DNA of 64,000 nt from Candidatus Poribacteria bacterium (lineage in GTDB: Bacteria; Poribacteria; WGA-4E; PCPOR2b): NCBI GenBank assembly GCA_965215015.1, contig OZ244042.1, forward strand, positions 4,384,001 through 4,448,000, given 5' to 3'. Under the pieces are notes generated by a model. It had not been told where the DNA came from, did not search any database, and was given only the letters and a program-made list of their open reading frames with translations. Below are positions 30,714-40,597 of this stretch, one piece after another. The position numbers were made by a program, and so were the translations under genes. The stretch's first letter is position 1, and every line of letters starts with the position of its first letter.

Positions 30714-30970
30714 TTGACGTACTCCCAAAGCGAAAACATTGGGATTTTTATCCGCTGTGCGAGCCAGATTTACACAAGGACCACTTGAATCTGACACCCA
30801 TGGGGGACGCCATAACCCCAACTACAGGGAATGAACCCTGATACTTTACTCTTTCGATTTCCTATGAACCGAAAGATCAGACAATCATACCATAAAACCC
30901 ACATGAATAAAAGAAAAAGTGCTAAAGCAGAGACTGTATCCCAAACCGAAAGGATTGGGATTTAGCCCTA
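30714..30970 (-). mobile_element. Non-autonomous IS200/IS605-like element (PATE)
   Basis: Minus-strand right end aatcccaatgttttcgctttgggagtacGTCAA; related left-end hairpin atcccaatcctttcggtttgggat; no ORF. Confidence 0.6.
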
Positions 30971-31000
30971 ATGGAAGGTTTTGTTAAGGAGATTTAGGCG

Positions 31001-31963
31001 ATGTGGACATTTGATTTGCCATTAGAAGAGCTGGAAATTTACAAACCACCCCGCACCGCACAGCCGGACTTCGAGGAGTTTTGGGAACGCACGAAAGCGG
31101 AGGGATCAGCACAACCGTTAAACCCTGAATTGGCACCTATTGATTATCCTGTAAAACGGGTTCAGGTCTTTTCTGCGACGTTTGATGGGTTCGCGGGGGG
31201 GAGCGACCAGCCACCACGAGCAGGGGGTTGGTTTTTCATTCCCGAAGACCCTGCCCCACGCCCGGCATTGGTCATCTACCACGGTTATCACGGCTATCGC
31301 GATAGAATCTCGACCCATTTGCCTTGGGCGTTGATGGGGTTCGTCGTGTTAGCGATGGATGTGCGGGGACGTGGCGAGGCACCGGACTGGACTGAGTATG
31401 AAGGGGGGCACGGACTCGGCTGGATGACGCGAGGTATCATGAACAAGGAGGAATACCTTTACCGTTTTGCCTACATGGACTGTGTGCGCGGTGTCGAATT
31501 TATCGCGGGCCGTCCGGAGGTAGATGCCAATCGGATTGGTGTGCTAGGGGGCTCGCAAGGAGGCGCGTTGAGCCTTGCTGTTGCTGCACTTAGCGATTTG
31601 CCCGCTATTGCGATGCCGATGGTTCCCTACCTATGCTACTATCCTGATGCTGTCAAGATGGCGCGAGAGAACCAGTATGGCGAGTTGAACAACTACTTCA
31701 TTCGGTATCCTGAACGGGAAACGGAGGGGATGAAGACGTTGAGTTACTTTGACAATATGAACCTTGCGCCGTGGATAACCTGTCCGACGCTGGTCTCTGT
31801 CGGTTTACGGGACACGACCTGTCCACCTTCTACTGTTTATGCTACCTATAACCATCTCACCTGCGAGAAGGAGATTTTGTATTACCCCTACGACATGCAC
31901 AGCGGTGGCGGCGATGCACACAGGGAACGGGTAATCGAGTGGGCGCATCGGCTGAATCCGTGA
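31001..31963 (+). CDS. Acetylxylan esterase / cephalosporin-C deacetylase (CE7)
   Basis: YHGY, DVRGRG, GGSQGG nucleophile, GLRDTTCPPST, C-terminal His. Confidence 0.92.
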   Translation: MWTFDLPLEELEIYKPPRTAQPDFEEFWERTKAEGSAQPLNPELAPIDYPVKRVQVFSATFDGFAGGSDQPPRAGGWFFIPEDPAPRPALVIYHGYHGYRDRISTHLPWALMGFVVLAMDVRGRGEAPDWTEYEGGHGLGWMTRGIMNKEEYLYRFAYMDCVRGVEFIAGRPEVDANRIGVLGGSQGGALSLAVAALSDLPAIAMPMVPYLCYYPDAVKMARENQYGELNNYFIRYPERETEGMKTLSYFDNMNLAPWITCPTLVSVGLRDTTCPPSTVYATYNHLTCEKEILYYPYDMHSGGGDAHRERVIEWAHRLNP

Positions 31964-32043
31964 ATCGTTGCGACAGCTTCCTAATTGAGAAAACGGGAAA
32001 ACGAGAAAACAGTATCGTCTTGTTTTCCCACTCTATTCTTTGT

Positions 32044-33966
32044 TCAGAACCATGTTGTATACAGAGGCCTCTGCAGAATAATGCTCAGTAAGCCCCAATA
32101 AGTGCCAACGATGAAATCCCCCACTACTAGTCCCATGAAAAACGGGACAACCTTCCGATAGCTCGTCGCCCCGCCATGTTTTAAGATCAGCAGCTTTATC
32201 CCCCAGCAGACAAAGAGCGCGAACCAGTAGACATCAATTGTGCCGGAACTAATCCCCAGAATATATCCCGCTGGGTGAAATGGAAACCATATAAAACGCA
32301 TCCGCATCCAACCTATCATGATTGAAAAAATAGCTGAACCACCAATAATATTTACACCTAGAGTATCAGGTTCTTTAGGGTTCTGTAACCACCCACTTAG
32401 GCTATTGCACGCTTGGGTGCCTGCCGCTAACAATTCCCCTGCAGTTGAGGCTCCGTACCGGTAAAGCATGACCGGAAAAATCCAGAATGCCAGGAGAACC
32501 CCAAAAATTAGGGAAAGCATCATCGCCCAAGTGAGTCGTCGGGTGTTGGTGCCGGTTCCTTCAGCGGACTTAAAGGCTTCCAATTGGTGGGGCATGGGAT
32601 GGCTTCGGTTTAACCGATTGAACCAATAAAACAGCGAGAACATAGTTAAATTCGGCGCACCGATTTTGCGTGTTCCAAACGCAGAAATGAGCACCACTTG
32701 TGGGTTCACGAGGACGATTGCGTGTAAGGGAGGCCCCAATTCTGCCCGCATTCGCGTGAGTGCTGTAGCGATTATAAAGTAAAGTCCGAAAAATGTCGGC
32801 ACAAGCCATAGAGACATCCCCAAACTATTGCAGTAGAATGTCAGGGCGATCATTCCACCGATAAGACAGAGCACCGCTGTCCGATAACGCATTGGCTCAT
32901 CAGAATCATCAAGCGTTGATTTTAGGTTAATAACGTTCTTGAAGATTTCCCAAAAATACCGTCGTCCCATGTAGAGTGTCATCACACATAACCCAATCAT
33001 CGCCCCGGTGGCTTGTTCACCAAAGAAAGGATAGCGTGGCAAGGTGTTCCAACCCATCATCGCACCGATTAGTCGCTCCATTTTGCGAAACAGAAAGAAG
33101 AACCAAGTGGAGAAGGTGAGATCTAAAGGTATCAGGAAGGAGAGACCAATAAGAAATGGGTAGAACCGCATTGGCAACGCGCCGATGGCATTCCACGGTT
33201 CTTCTGTGAAAAAGATACCCAGATTGTAGGTAGGCTCCTTGATTGGGATACGGGGAATCTTCGGATATATAAAGCTTATGCCGTTGATGAGACTGATTGC
33301 ACCCGCAACGCTGAAACCTATCCACATGAGCCGATTGCGAAAGAAACCGTGGGTGGGGTTGGTCATTTCTATGGGGATTTGGATAATCGGATAGGCGAGT
33401 CTCTCATGTTCGATCCACTGCTTCCTAAGGATAACATTGAGACAGATTAGCATAAAAAAGAGGACAGAAATCAGGAATGACCATGCAATGGCGGGCCGAA
33501 TCCAGAATCGGTAGAAACCTGTCACCCAGAAGGCAGATTCGCCTTTGTAGAAATATTCGACAGCGGCAGGGTCTCGGACGAGCAGCACATCCGGAAGGTA
33601 TCTGTGAAAGAGATTAGCCCAGTCGTTTGCAGGCGTGGCGTAAAAATAGGCGTGGGGGATAACCCCCATCATACAGACCATGTTGTCGTGGGCGGTGACC
33701 GCTGTAGTTGCGGAGACAGTACTATAAATCATCAGCAGTTCCGCCTGCGAGAACGGCTCCTTCGACATGAACCGTCCACCGATTTTGTTAAACAAAATTA
33801 GAAAAAAAAGGAAAAAAATTGAGAGCTGTGGGAGGGACATGGAGGTCCAGTGGAGCGAGTGCCATATCATCTCCTCAAGTGCCACAAGGTAGAGGCACAG
33901 GGGCATAAGCAGTAATCCAAACAGAATTGCTTTAATTGAGAGGCGGGAGGTTTCGACTTGTTTCAT
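32044..33966 (-). CDS. Multi-TM DUF6785/DUF6784-type membrane protein
   Basis: QWIEHERLAYP, RMRAELG, HPMPHQLE, WFPFHPAGY; tandem paralog of 34304..36253. Confidence 0.78.
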   Translation of the reverse strand: MKQVETSRLSIKAILFGLLLMPLCLYLVALEEMIWHSLHWTSMSLPQLSIFFLFFLILFNKIGGRFMSKEPFSQAELLMIYSTVSATTAVTAHDNMVCMMGVIPHAYFYATPANDWANLFHRYLPDVLLVRDPAAVEYFYKGESAFWVTGFYRFWIRPAIAWSFLISVLFFMLICLNVILRKQWIEHERLAYPIIQIPIEMTNPTHGFFRNRLMWIGFSVAGAISLINGISFIYPKIPRIPIKEPTYNLGIFFTEEPWNAIGALPMRFYPFLIGLSFLIPLDLTFSTWFFFLFRKMERLIGAMMGWNTLPRYPFFGEQATGAMIGLCVMTLYMGRRYFWEIFKNVINLKSTLDDSDEPMRYRTAVLCLIGGMIALTFYCNSLGMSLWLVPTFFGLYFIIATALTRMRAELGPPLHAIVLVNPQVVLISAFGTRKIGAPNLTMFSLFYWFNRLNRSHPMPHQLEAFKSAEGTGTNTRRLTWAMMLSLIFGVLLAFWIFPVMLYRYGASTAGELLAAGTQACNSLSGWLQNPKEPDTLGVNIIGGSAIFSIMIGWMRMRFIWFPFHPAGYILGISSGTIDVYWFALFVCWGIKLLILKHGGATSYRKVVPFFMGLVVGDFIVGTYWGLLSIILQRPLYTTWF

Positions 33967-34082
33967 TTTAAGTCGATGTCCAATTTTCGTTTCGTGGAGG
34001 GGTGTTTTATACTAATTGCCCGCTTGAGGGCAAATGAACTGCTAAATTGATGAATATTTATCTGAAGCAGGCTTAAAGGATT

Positions 34083-34241
34083 AGGATTTACGCACTTCAG
34101 TAGGGAACATATCGGTGTGCCTTACGGACTCCTTATGGAGCCTCCGCTGTAGTTGCCCAATTCATCGGGCGTTGGGAACAGTGTCCAGCGGCGATGAATC
34201 GCCGAACGACAAGGCTTTGAGCATTCAACTGAGTCAGTCCT
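34083..34241. mobile_element. MITE-like element, family C (TIR AGGACTTACGCA)
   Basis: aggatttacgca ... tgagtcagtcct; shares gatgaatcgccga and ttgagc.ttcaactg with 42064-42255. Confidence 0.55.
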
Positions 34242-34303
34242 AAGGATTTTAAAAATAAAAAACATGATGCCTGAAATGTAAAAGTAATCTTCGCCCCTTT
34301 GTC

Positions 34304-36253
34304 CTAAAACCACGTTGTGTACAGGGGCGTTCCGAGGATGATACTCAGCAGCCCCCAATAAGTGCCGACGATGAAATCTCCAACTACCAATCCCATAAAG
34401 AAAGGCAAAATCTTCCGATAGGTTTTCACTCCACCGTGTCTCAGTACCAGTAGTTTTATCAACCAACAGACGAAAAGGGCGAACCAGTAAACGTCGATTG
34501 TGCCGGAGCTGACACCTAGGATATATCCACCCGGGTGGAACGGGAACCATAGAAAACGCATTCGCATCCATGACATCCACATCGAAAAGAGCAGGGACCC
34601 ACCAATAATACTGCCTGCGACCGGATCCGGTGGGCGTGGGTACTGCAACCATCCGCCTAGGCTATTATATGCCTGCCAGCCTGCGCCCAGCAACTCCCCG
34701 GCGGTTGATGCGCCATATTGGTACAGGACAACCGGGAAGATCCAGAATGAGACCAGAAGACCGACAATCAAGGAGATCATCATCGCCCAGAATAGGCGGC
34801 TGGTGCTAGCGTGAGTGCGTTCTGCTGACTTGAACGCTTCCAATTGGTGCGGCATCGGGTGGCTACGGTTGTATCGGTTGAACCAAAAGAGCAGGGAAAA
34901 CATGGTTAGATTGGCTGTGCCGAGTCTCCGCGTCCCAAGGGCTGCAACAAGGATAACTTGTGGATTCACCAGCCGGATCGGGTGCAAGGGGGGACCCAAC
35001 TCCGCTCGCATTCGTGTGAGTGCGGTGGCAATCATAAAATAGAGCGCGAAGAAGAGTGGCACAAGCCATTGGGACATTCCTAAGTGACCGCAGAATATCA
35101 TCAGCGCAATCATGCCGCCAACTAAACAGAGCACCGCAGTGCGATAGCGCATGGGTTCGTTTGAATCGTCAAGCGTAGATTGCAAGCCAATCACCTTCCT
35201 AAAAACTTCAACGAAGTGTCGGCGACCGAGATAGATTGCTGTGACGCATAGCCCAATCATAGCACCGGTGGCTTGTTCGCCAAAGAAGGGATATTGTGGG
35301 ATGGTGCTCCAACCAACCATCGCACCGACTAATCGCTCCATTTTGCGAAATAGGAAGAAGAACCAAGTCGAGAAGGTAAGGTCTAAGGGAATAAGGAACG
35401 AGAGACCAATAAGAAATGGATAAAATCTCAGGGGCAGTGTGCCGATGGCATTCCACGGTTCCTCGTTGAAATAGACACCTAGATCATAATGTGGCTCTTT
35501 TATCGGTATGCGAGGAACGCTCGGATAGAGGAAATTGAGACCGTTGAGAAGGCTTATCACTCCAGCAACGGTGAATCCTATCCACATCATCCGGTTGCGG
35601 AAGAAACCGGAGCGTAAATCGGTCATCTCCAGCGGAATCTGAATAATGGGATAAGCAAGTCGCTCGTTTTCAATCCACTGCTTCCTGAGAATGACGTTGA
35701 TGCAGAGCAGCATGAAAAACAGGACAGCAAGCAGAAAAGACCAACCGATGGCAGGCTTAATCCAGAATCGATAGTAGCCTGTTGCCCAGAAAGAGGATTC
35801 GCCTCTATAGAAATGGTTCACCGCATTGGAATCACGGATAACGAGCAGATCGGGGAGGTGTTTGTGGAAGAGTGCTGCCCACTCATTTTCCGGGGTAGCG
35901 TAGAAAAAGGCGTGTGTAAGGACCCCCATCATGCAGACCATATTGTCGTGCGCGGTGTATGCTGTGGTTGCAGAGAGGGTCGTATAAATCATCAACAATT
36001 CTGCTTGAGAGAACGGATTTCTGGGCAAAAACCGTCCGGCGACCTTGTTGAGGAGAATTAGGAAAAAGAGAAAGAAGATGGAGAGTTGCGGCAGGGACAT
36101 GGAGGTCCAGTGGAGCGAGTGCCATATCATCTCCTCAAGTGCCACTAAATATGCACACAGCGGCATTAACAGCAATCCAAACAGAATTGATTTTATCGAA
36201 ATACGAGAGGCGTCTGGCTGTTTAGCCTCACCATTTTCGTTCAGGTTCATCAC
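34304..36253 (-). CDS. Multi-TM DUF6785/DUF6784-type membrane protein
   Basis: Highly similar to 32044..33966 over the full length. Confidence 0.78.
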   Translation of the reverse strand: MMNLNENGEAKQPDASRISIKSILFGLLLMPLCAYLVALEEMIWHSLHWTSMSLPQLSIFFLFFLILLNKVAGRFLPRNPFSQAELLMIYTTLSATTAYTAHDNMVCMMGVLTHAFFYATPENEWAALFHKHLPDLLVIRDSNAVNHFYRGESSFWATGYYRFWIKPAIGWSFLLAVLFFMLLCINVILRKQWIENERLAYPIIQIPLEMTDLRSGFFRNRMMWIGFTVAGVISLLNGLNFLYPSVPRIPIKEPHYDLGVYFNEEPWNAIGTLPLRFYPFLIGLSFLIPLDLTFSTWFFFLFRKMERLVGAMVGWSTIPQYPFFGEQATGAMIGLCVTAIYLGRRHFVEVFRKVIGLQSTLDDSNEPMRYRTAVLCLVGGMIALMIFCGHLGMSQWLVPLFFALYFMIATALTRMRAELGPPLHPIRLVNPQVILVAALGTRRLGTANLTMFSLLFWFNRYNRSHPMPHQLEAFKSAERTHASTSRLFWAMMISLIVGLLVSFWIFPVVLYQYGASTAGELLGAGWQAYNSLGGWLQYPRPPDPVAGSIIGGSLLFSMWMSWMRMRFLWFPFHPGGYILGVSSGTIDVYWFALFVCWLIKLLVLRHGGVKTYRKILPFFMGLVVGDFIVGTYWGLLSIILGTPLYTTWF

Positions 36254-36547
36254 TTCCTTATCGCGATCTAGAAGTTCGCACAGTAAAACTGGTAGCTTAT
36301 GTTAAGAAATCGTACAACAGAACCCGAGTTTTTCCGAAAAAAACTCGAGTTCAAATACCAATGGTGCTGTACTCCGATGTTTGGTGAATTAAGCCAAAAC
36401 TGTTGCGCGATGTTCCGGGTATTTACACTTTCTTTTGATATGAGCCAAACTGGTTTGACTCATGTTAGGAAATCGTGCAACTTGGGTAATCGTAAATCGG
36501 AAATTGACATAGAGCTCAACGATTGTTGGAGCCTATGAGTCAACCTA

Positions 36548-37645
36548 CTAGAGTTGTTTAAGTTTTCCCCATAGCGTTGTTAGCTTGTCTTGCGGAGAGA
36601 CAGACAGTGACCCCGGCGTGTACTCGTAAATTGATGGAAACGATTGTACCCCAGCCCGGCCGCCCGGCACATAAATCTTGCCTCCTGCTACGGTAGCAGG
36701 AACCCCGGCTCGCCCTCGCGGTAGTGGAACGGCTTCATCGATGACCCATTCGTCGAGGGCTGGGTTGTAAACATCAACCCTTTTAAGAACTTCATCATTG
36801 CTACCGTCGCTAAATGTGGACAGGCCGCCGATTGTGAAGATTCGACCGCTCAAAGTTGTAATTCCAAAGAGGGCTTTTTGTATTGGCATCGGTTTTTTGG
36901 CTTCCCATGTATCTGTCGCCGGATCGTAGACTTCGACAACATTCAGGACCTCTTCAAGATTCCATCCGCCGATTGCATAAACCTTTCCCTGAAACGCAGC
37001 GGCTCCAAGACCGCCTCTTGGTGTTGGCATATCCCTTTTCTGATCAAAGGTATCTTCTTTCGGATCATACTCAAAAACAGTGCCGTACACCTCTTTCTGT
37101 GCGCCTCTATCCCAACCGCCAATCACATAGATTTTGTCGCCGACCACAGCTGCAGAAGTTGCCGCGAGTGCTTTGGGTAACTTCGCTAGTTTTTTCCATG
37201 CGCCTCGCTCTCCTGCTTCTGGGTTGAATACTTCTACTGCATCAAGTACCTTGCCGCCACGGCTTTGGGCACCTCCAAACACATAAATCATACCATCGAA
37301 CGTAACAGCTACCATGCGTGCCCTTGTTGTTGGCATACTCCTCTTCGGTGCCCATGTATCGGTCACTGGGTCATACCCTTGGACGCGGTCTAGTGTCATG
37401 TCACCGGGGTTCGGAATGTGCGGTGCTCGGTTGACTTCGATGCCACCGATGACGTAGACCTCGCCGCCGACGCTGGCAGCGGCGACACAGCACCTTGACG
37501 ACTCTGGCATGTTTTCTCTTCTTTCCCATTTGTCATCTGCTGCCAAACTACTACCGGTGATGGCTAACAGACCAATCAGGGTCAAGCCTGCGAAAAGGCA
37601 AATGAGATTGGGTTTTATGTTATGTGTTAGTTTATCAATTAACAT
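36548..37645 (-). CDS. Secreted Kelch-repeat beta-propeller protein with C-terminal 'KLTTLWG' motif
   Basis: Six YVIGG/YVFGG...YDP..DTW repeats; signal peptide; ends SVSPQDKLTTLWGKLKQL. Confidence 0.9.
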   Translation of the reverse strand: MLIDKLTHNIKPNLICLFAGLTLIGLLAITGSSLAADDKWERRENMPESSRCCVAAASVGGEVYVIGGIEVNRAPHIPNPGDMTLDRVQGYDPVTDTWAPKRSMPTTRARMVAVTFDGMIYVFGGAQSRGGKVLDAVEVFNPEAGERGAWKKLAKLPKALAATSAAVVGDKIYVIGGWDRGAQKEVYGTVFEYDPKEDTFDQKRDMPTPRGGLGAAAFQGKVYAIGGWNLEEVLNVVEVYDPATDTWEAKKPMPIQKALFGITTLSGRIFTIGGLSTFSDGSNDEVLKRVDVYNPALDEWVIDEAVPLPRGRAGVPATVAGGKIYVPGGRAGVQSFPSIYEYTPGSLSVSPQDKLTTLWGKLKQL

Positions 37646-37746
37646 ATACTATTCTCCTTTTTCAGGGCTTAGACTGGGCCGGGCACAATCGTATGCCTGT
37701 TTCCCAGCATCAACCGTATCCGCACTGCTAGGTCAAGGGGATTTAG

Positions 37747-38919
37747 CTAATTTTTCGATAGTGCACTACGCTTGACCTCGCCAAAGATTGTGAAATGCTT
37801 CTGTTGTGGTTCGACAGAACGAAGCTCGAAGACGGGATTCCATCTTGGATGGGTATCGTTGCCATCAGGGTTATTACTGAGATTTCTTAGCTCACCGCCG
37901 TTGGCATCCATTACATAAATCTCTCGTTTCCCATCTCGTTTGGACTCAAACAAAATTCTTCTGCCTTTGGCGGACCAGACGGCTCCATTATCGCCCTTTG
38001 GATGGTTTGTAAGATTGACCTTGTTATTCCCATCGGGATCCATGCGGTAGATTTCCCAGTTGCCATCACGCTGGGTTTCAAAGGCAATGCCGCCTGTTGA
38101 CCATTCCGCTCGTCTGTCAGTTTTCTCGTGGTTAGTCAACCTTGTCAAATTGTTTCCGTCAACATCCATGACATAGATTTCCGAGTTGCCATCACGCTTT
38201 GACTGAAAGACGATCTGCATACCATCAGGTGAGAAACGTGCCCACTCGTCCGGTGCAATATGGTTGGTAAGATTGACTTGATTTTTACCGGCATTTCTTC
38301 CTTCTGCATCGGCAATAAAGATATCAAATTGAGATTTGTTATCGATCAAATCACGATTGCTCTCAAACACAATTTTTGTACCATCAGGGGACCAGGAGCC
38401 CTTCTGGTCCTTGTTGACGCCTTCACCTTCCGCATTTGTGATATTAACCAACGCTCCGGGTTTGTTACCTTTTTCCAAGGTCAGAAAGCCAACATCCCAA
38501 CTTGCGGCTTGCGGCAATGTCTGAGCATACACAAGGATGCGTGGATCGCCTTCCGGGGCGAATTGAGGTTCATTCAATTTCACACCTAGCGGTTTTCCAG
38601 TCAAGTCGTTGTCTTTTGGTCTTTGTGGGTCTGTCATATCGATGACACGCAAATCGAAATTTTCCCCACCTCGAGTATTTGCGCTGTAGACGATGTACTT
38701 ACCATCGGGAGACCAGTCAGGGGTTAGCGTTTTCGCCTTATGATCTGTGACTTTTGTAACCTCACCGTTATCGTATACCACACAGACTTGGGGGCCGTCA
38801 CCTTGGTCACAAAGAAAAGACGCCATCGGCACCTGCGCTGATGTGTTGTTGACGCTCAGGGAAACAAGCAGAGCCAATAGAATGCCTCCCCAAAATATTA
38901 TAGAATTTTTACCAAACAT
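37747..38919 (-). CDS. Secreted TolB-like (PD40) beta-propeller protein
   Basis: Repeated WSPDG..IVFES.RDG..EIY.M..DG; start MFGKN after an AGGAG RBS; ends SVEPQQKHFTIFGEVK. Confidence 0.88.
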   Translation of the reverse strand: MFGKNSIIFWGGILLALLVSLSVNNTSAQVPMASFLCDQGDGPQVCVVYDNGEVTKVTDHKAKTLTPDWSPDGKYIVYSANTRGGENFDLRVIDMTDPQRPKDNDLTGKPLGVKLNEPQFAPEGDPRILVYAQTLPQAASWDVGFLTLEKGNKPGALVNITNAEGEGVNKDQKGSWSPDGTKIVFESNRDLIDNKSQFDIFIADAEGRNAGKNQVNLTNHIAPDEWARFSPDGMQIVFQSKRDGNSEIYVMDVDGNNLTRLTNHEKTDRRAEWSTGGIAFETQRDGNWEIYRMDPDGNNKVNLTNHPKGDNGAVWSAKGRRILFESKRDGKREIYVMDANGGELRNLSNNPDGNDTHPRWNPVFELRSVEPQQKHFTIFGEVKRSALSKN

Positions 38920-39121
38920 TGTTTTCTCCTTTCGATTAGATTGGAAGTTTACAGTCTGGAGGAAGAAAATTGAACTGCAAAGAAATGGTAGTGGAAGGAG
39001 GACGGGGCCCCGATGTGAAAAGTGTTGACTATAGCGGCAAATGCGATAGGTTTGGGGAGGGAACAGGGAGAAGGCTGTTTTCCCCGTCCCCTTTTCTCCT
39101 TCCAAAAGCTCCAACGTGCTT

Positions 39122-40549
39122 TTATTTTATCACTACCATTCGTCGAGTCTCGGAGAAGTCGTCAGCCAGAAGCTGATAGAAATAAACCCCACTTGCCACG
39201 GATTGTCCGGTGTCGTCTTTACCATCCCAATAGGCTGCACGTTGTCGGTTCATGTAAGCCCCTGCCACCTGCCTTCCAACATCGATAGACCGGATGAACT
39301 CGCCCTTGACATTGTAGATTCGCACGGTTACAGTAGTGGCTTCGGCGAGATAATAGGGTATCCACGTTTCAGGATTGAAAGGATTGGGGAAATTTTGCAT
39401 TAAGCTCGTGCGTTTGATGTCTCCAAGAACCGTGAAGTATTTGCTTTGTGGCTCAACTGAACGAAGCTCAAAAACTGGATTCCATCGGGCATCTGTGTCA
39501 CTCTCAGGATGATTAGTGAGATTCTTCAGACCGGCACCGTCGGCTTCCATGAAGTATATCTCTCGATTCCCATCCCGTTTGGACTCAAATAAGATTCGTC
39601 TCCCTTTAGGTGACCAGATAGGCTTCTGATCACTTTTGGGGTCATTGGTTAAATTAATTTGATTGTTTCCATCGGGGTCCGACTTATAAATTTCCCAATT
39701 ACCATCGCGTTGGCTTTCAAAGACGATACCGCCGGGGGACCAGTCCGCGTTTCGATCAGTCTTCTCATTTTCAGTGATCCGCGTCAGGTTCTCCCCATCA
39801 ATGCCTACCGTATAGATTTCCCAGTTGCCATCTCGCTTCGATTCAAAAACGACCGCTGTACCATCAGGCGACCAACGCGCCCGTCGATCTGCCGCCTCGT
39901 GATCGCTAAGATTTATCTGATTTTTCCCGATACTTCGTTTTTCAACGTCAGCGATGAAAATATCGAACTGGGATCTATCTTTCACTTTCTTGCGCTCGCT
40001 TTCAAAAACAATCTTGGTTCCATCTGGGGCCCAAGAGGCTTCCAGATCTTGTCCGGCCGCTTCGCCATCTGCATTTGTGATGTTAACCAGGTCATCCACT
40101 TTACCTCTTGCATCTAACGTTAGGAGTCCTATATCCCAACCGTTGGCGTTTGGTAGTCCAGCGGCGTAAATAATAATCCGCGAATCTCCGGCAGGATCCC
40201 ATCGAGGACCAGACAGTTTGAGTCCCGGTCCGTCAGGTGGGCCTGTCAGGTTTGACTGTTTCGGTTTCTGAGGGTCGGTGAGATCAACGATAAAGATATC
40301 AAAATTCTCCTCACCGCGCACATTGGTATCGAAAACGATGAAACTACCATCAGGCGACCACTCGGGAGTGAACACCTTGGATTTGTTCTTTGTGAGTTGC
40401 TTAATCTCGCCATTATCATACAAAAGATGAACCTCATCGTCACCGGAGCGGTCCGAGATAAAAGATGCCATAGGCACCTGCGCGTATGCCGAACCGATGA
40501 ACAAGAGGATGAAGCTGCCCAATAGGGTGACAATACCTTTGCGTGACAT
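39122..40549 (-). CDS. Secreted TolB-like (PD40) protein with C-terminal FlgD-Ig/T9SS-like domain
   Basis: PD40 repeats; LMQNFPNPFNPETWIPY...YWDGKDDTGQSVASGVYFYQL. Confidence 0.9.
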   Translation of the reverse strand: MSRKGIVTLLGSFILLFIGSAYAQVPMASFISDRSGDDEVHLLYDNGEIKQLTKNKSKVFTPEWSPDGSFIVFDTNVRGEENFDIFIVDLTDPQKPKQSNLTGPPDGPGLKLSGPRWDPAGDSRIIIYAAGLPNANGWDIGLLTLDARGKVDDLVNITNADGEAAGQDLEASWAPDGTKIVFESERKKVKDRSQFDIFIADVEKRSIGKNQINLSDHEAADRRARWSPDGTAVVFESKRDGNWEIYTVGIDGENLTRITENEKTDRNADWSPGGIVFESQRDGNWEIYKSDPDGNNQINLTNDPKSDQKPIWSPKGRRILFESKRDGNREIYFMEADGAGLKNLTNHPESDTDARWNPVFELRSVEPQSKYFTVLGDIKRTSLMQNFPNPFNPETWIPYYLAEATTVTVRIYNVKGEFIRSIDVGRQVAGAYMNRQRAAYWDGKDDTGQSVASGVYFYQLLADDFSETRRMVVIK

Positions 40550-40597
40550 TGTTAGACTCCTTTCCAGGTGCTCCTACCCCATCCTTTGCAAGCCCTC

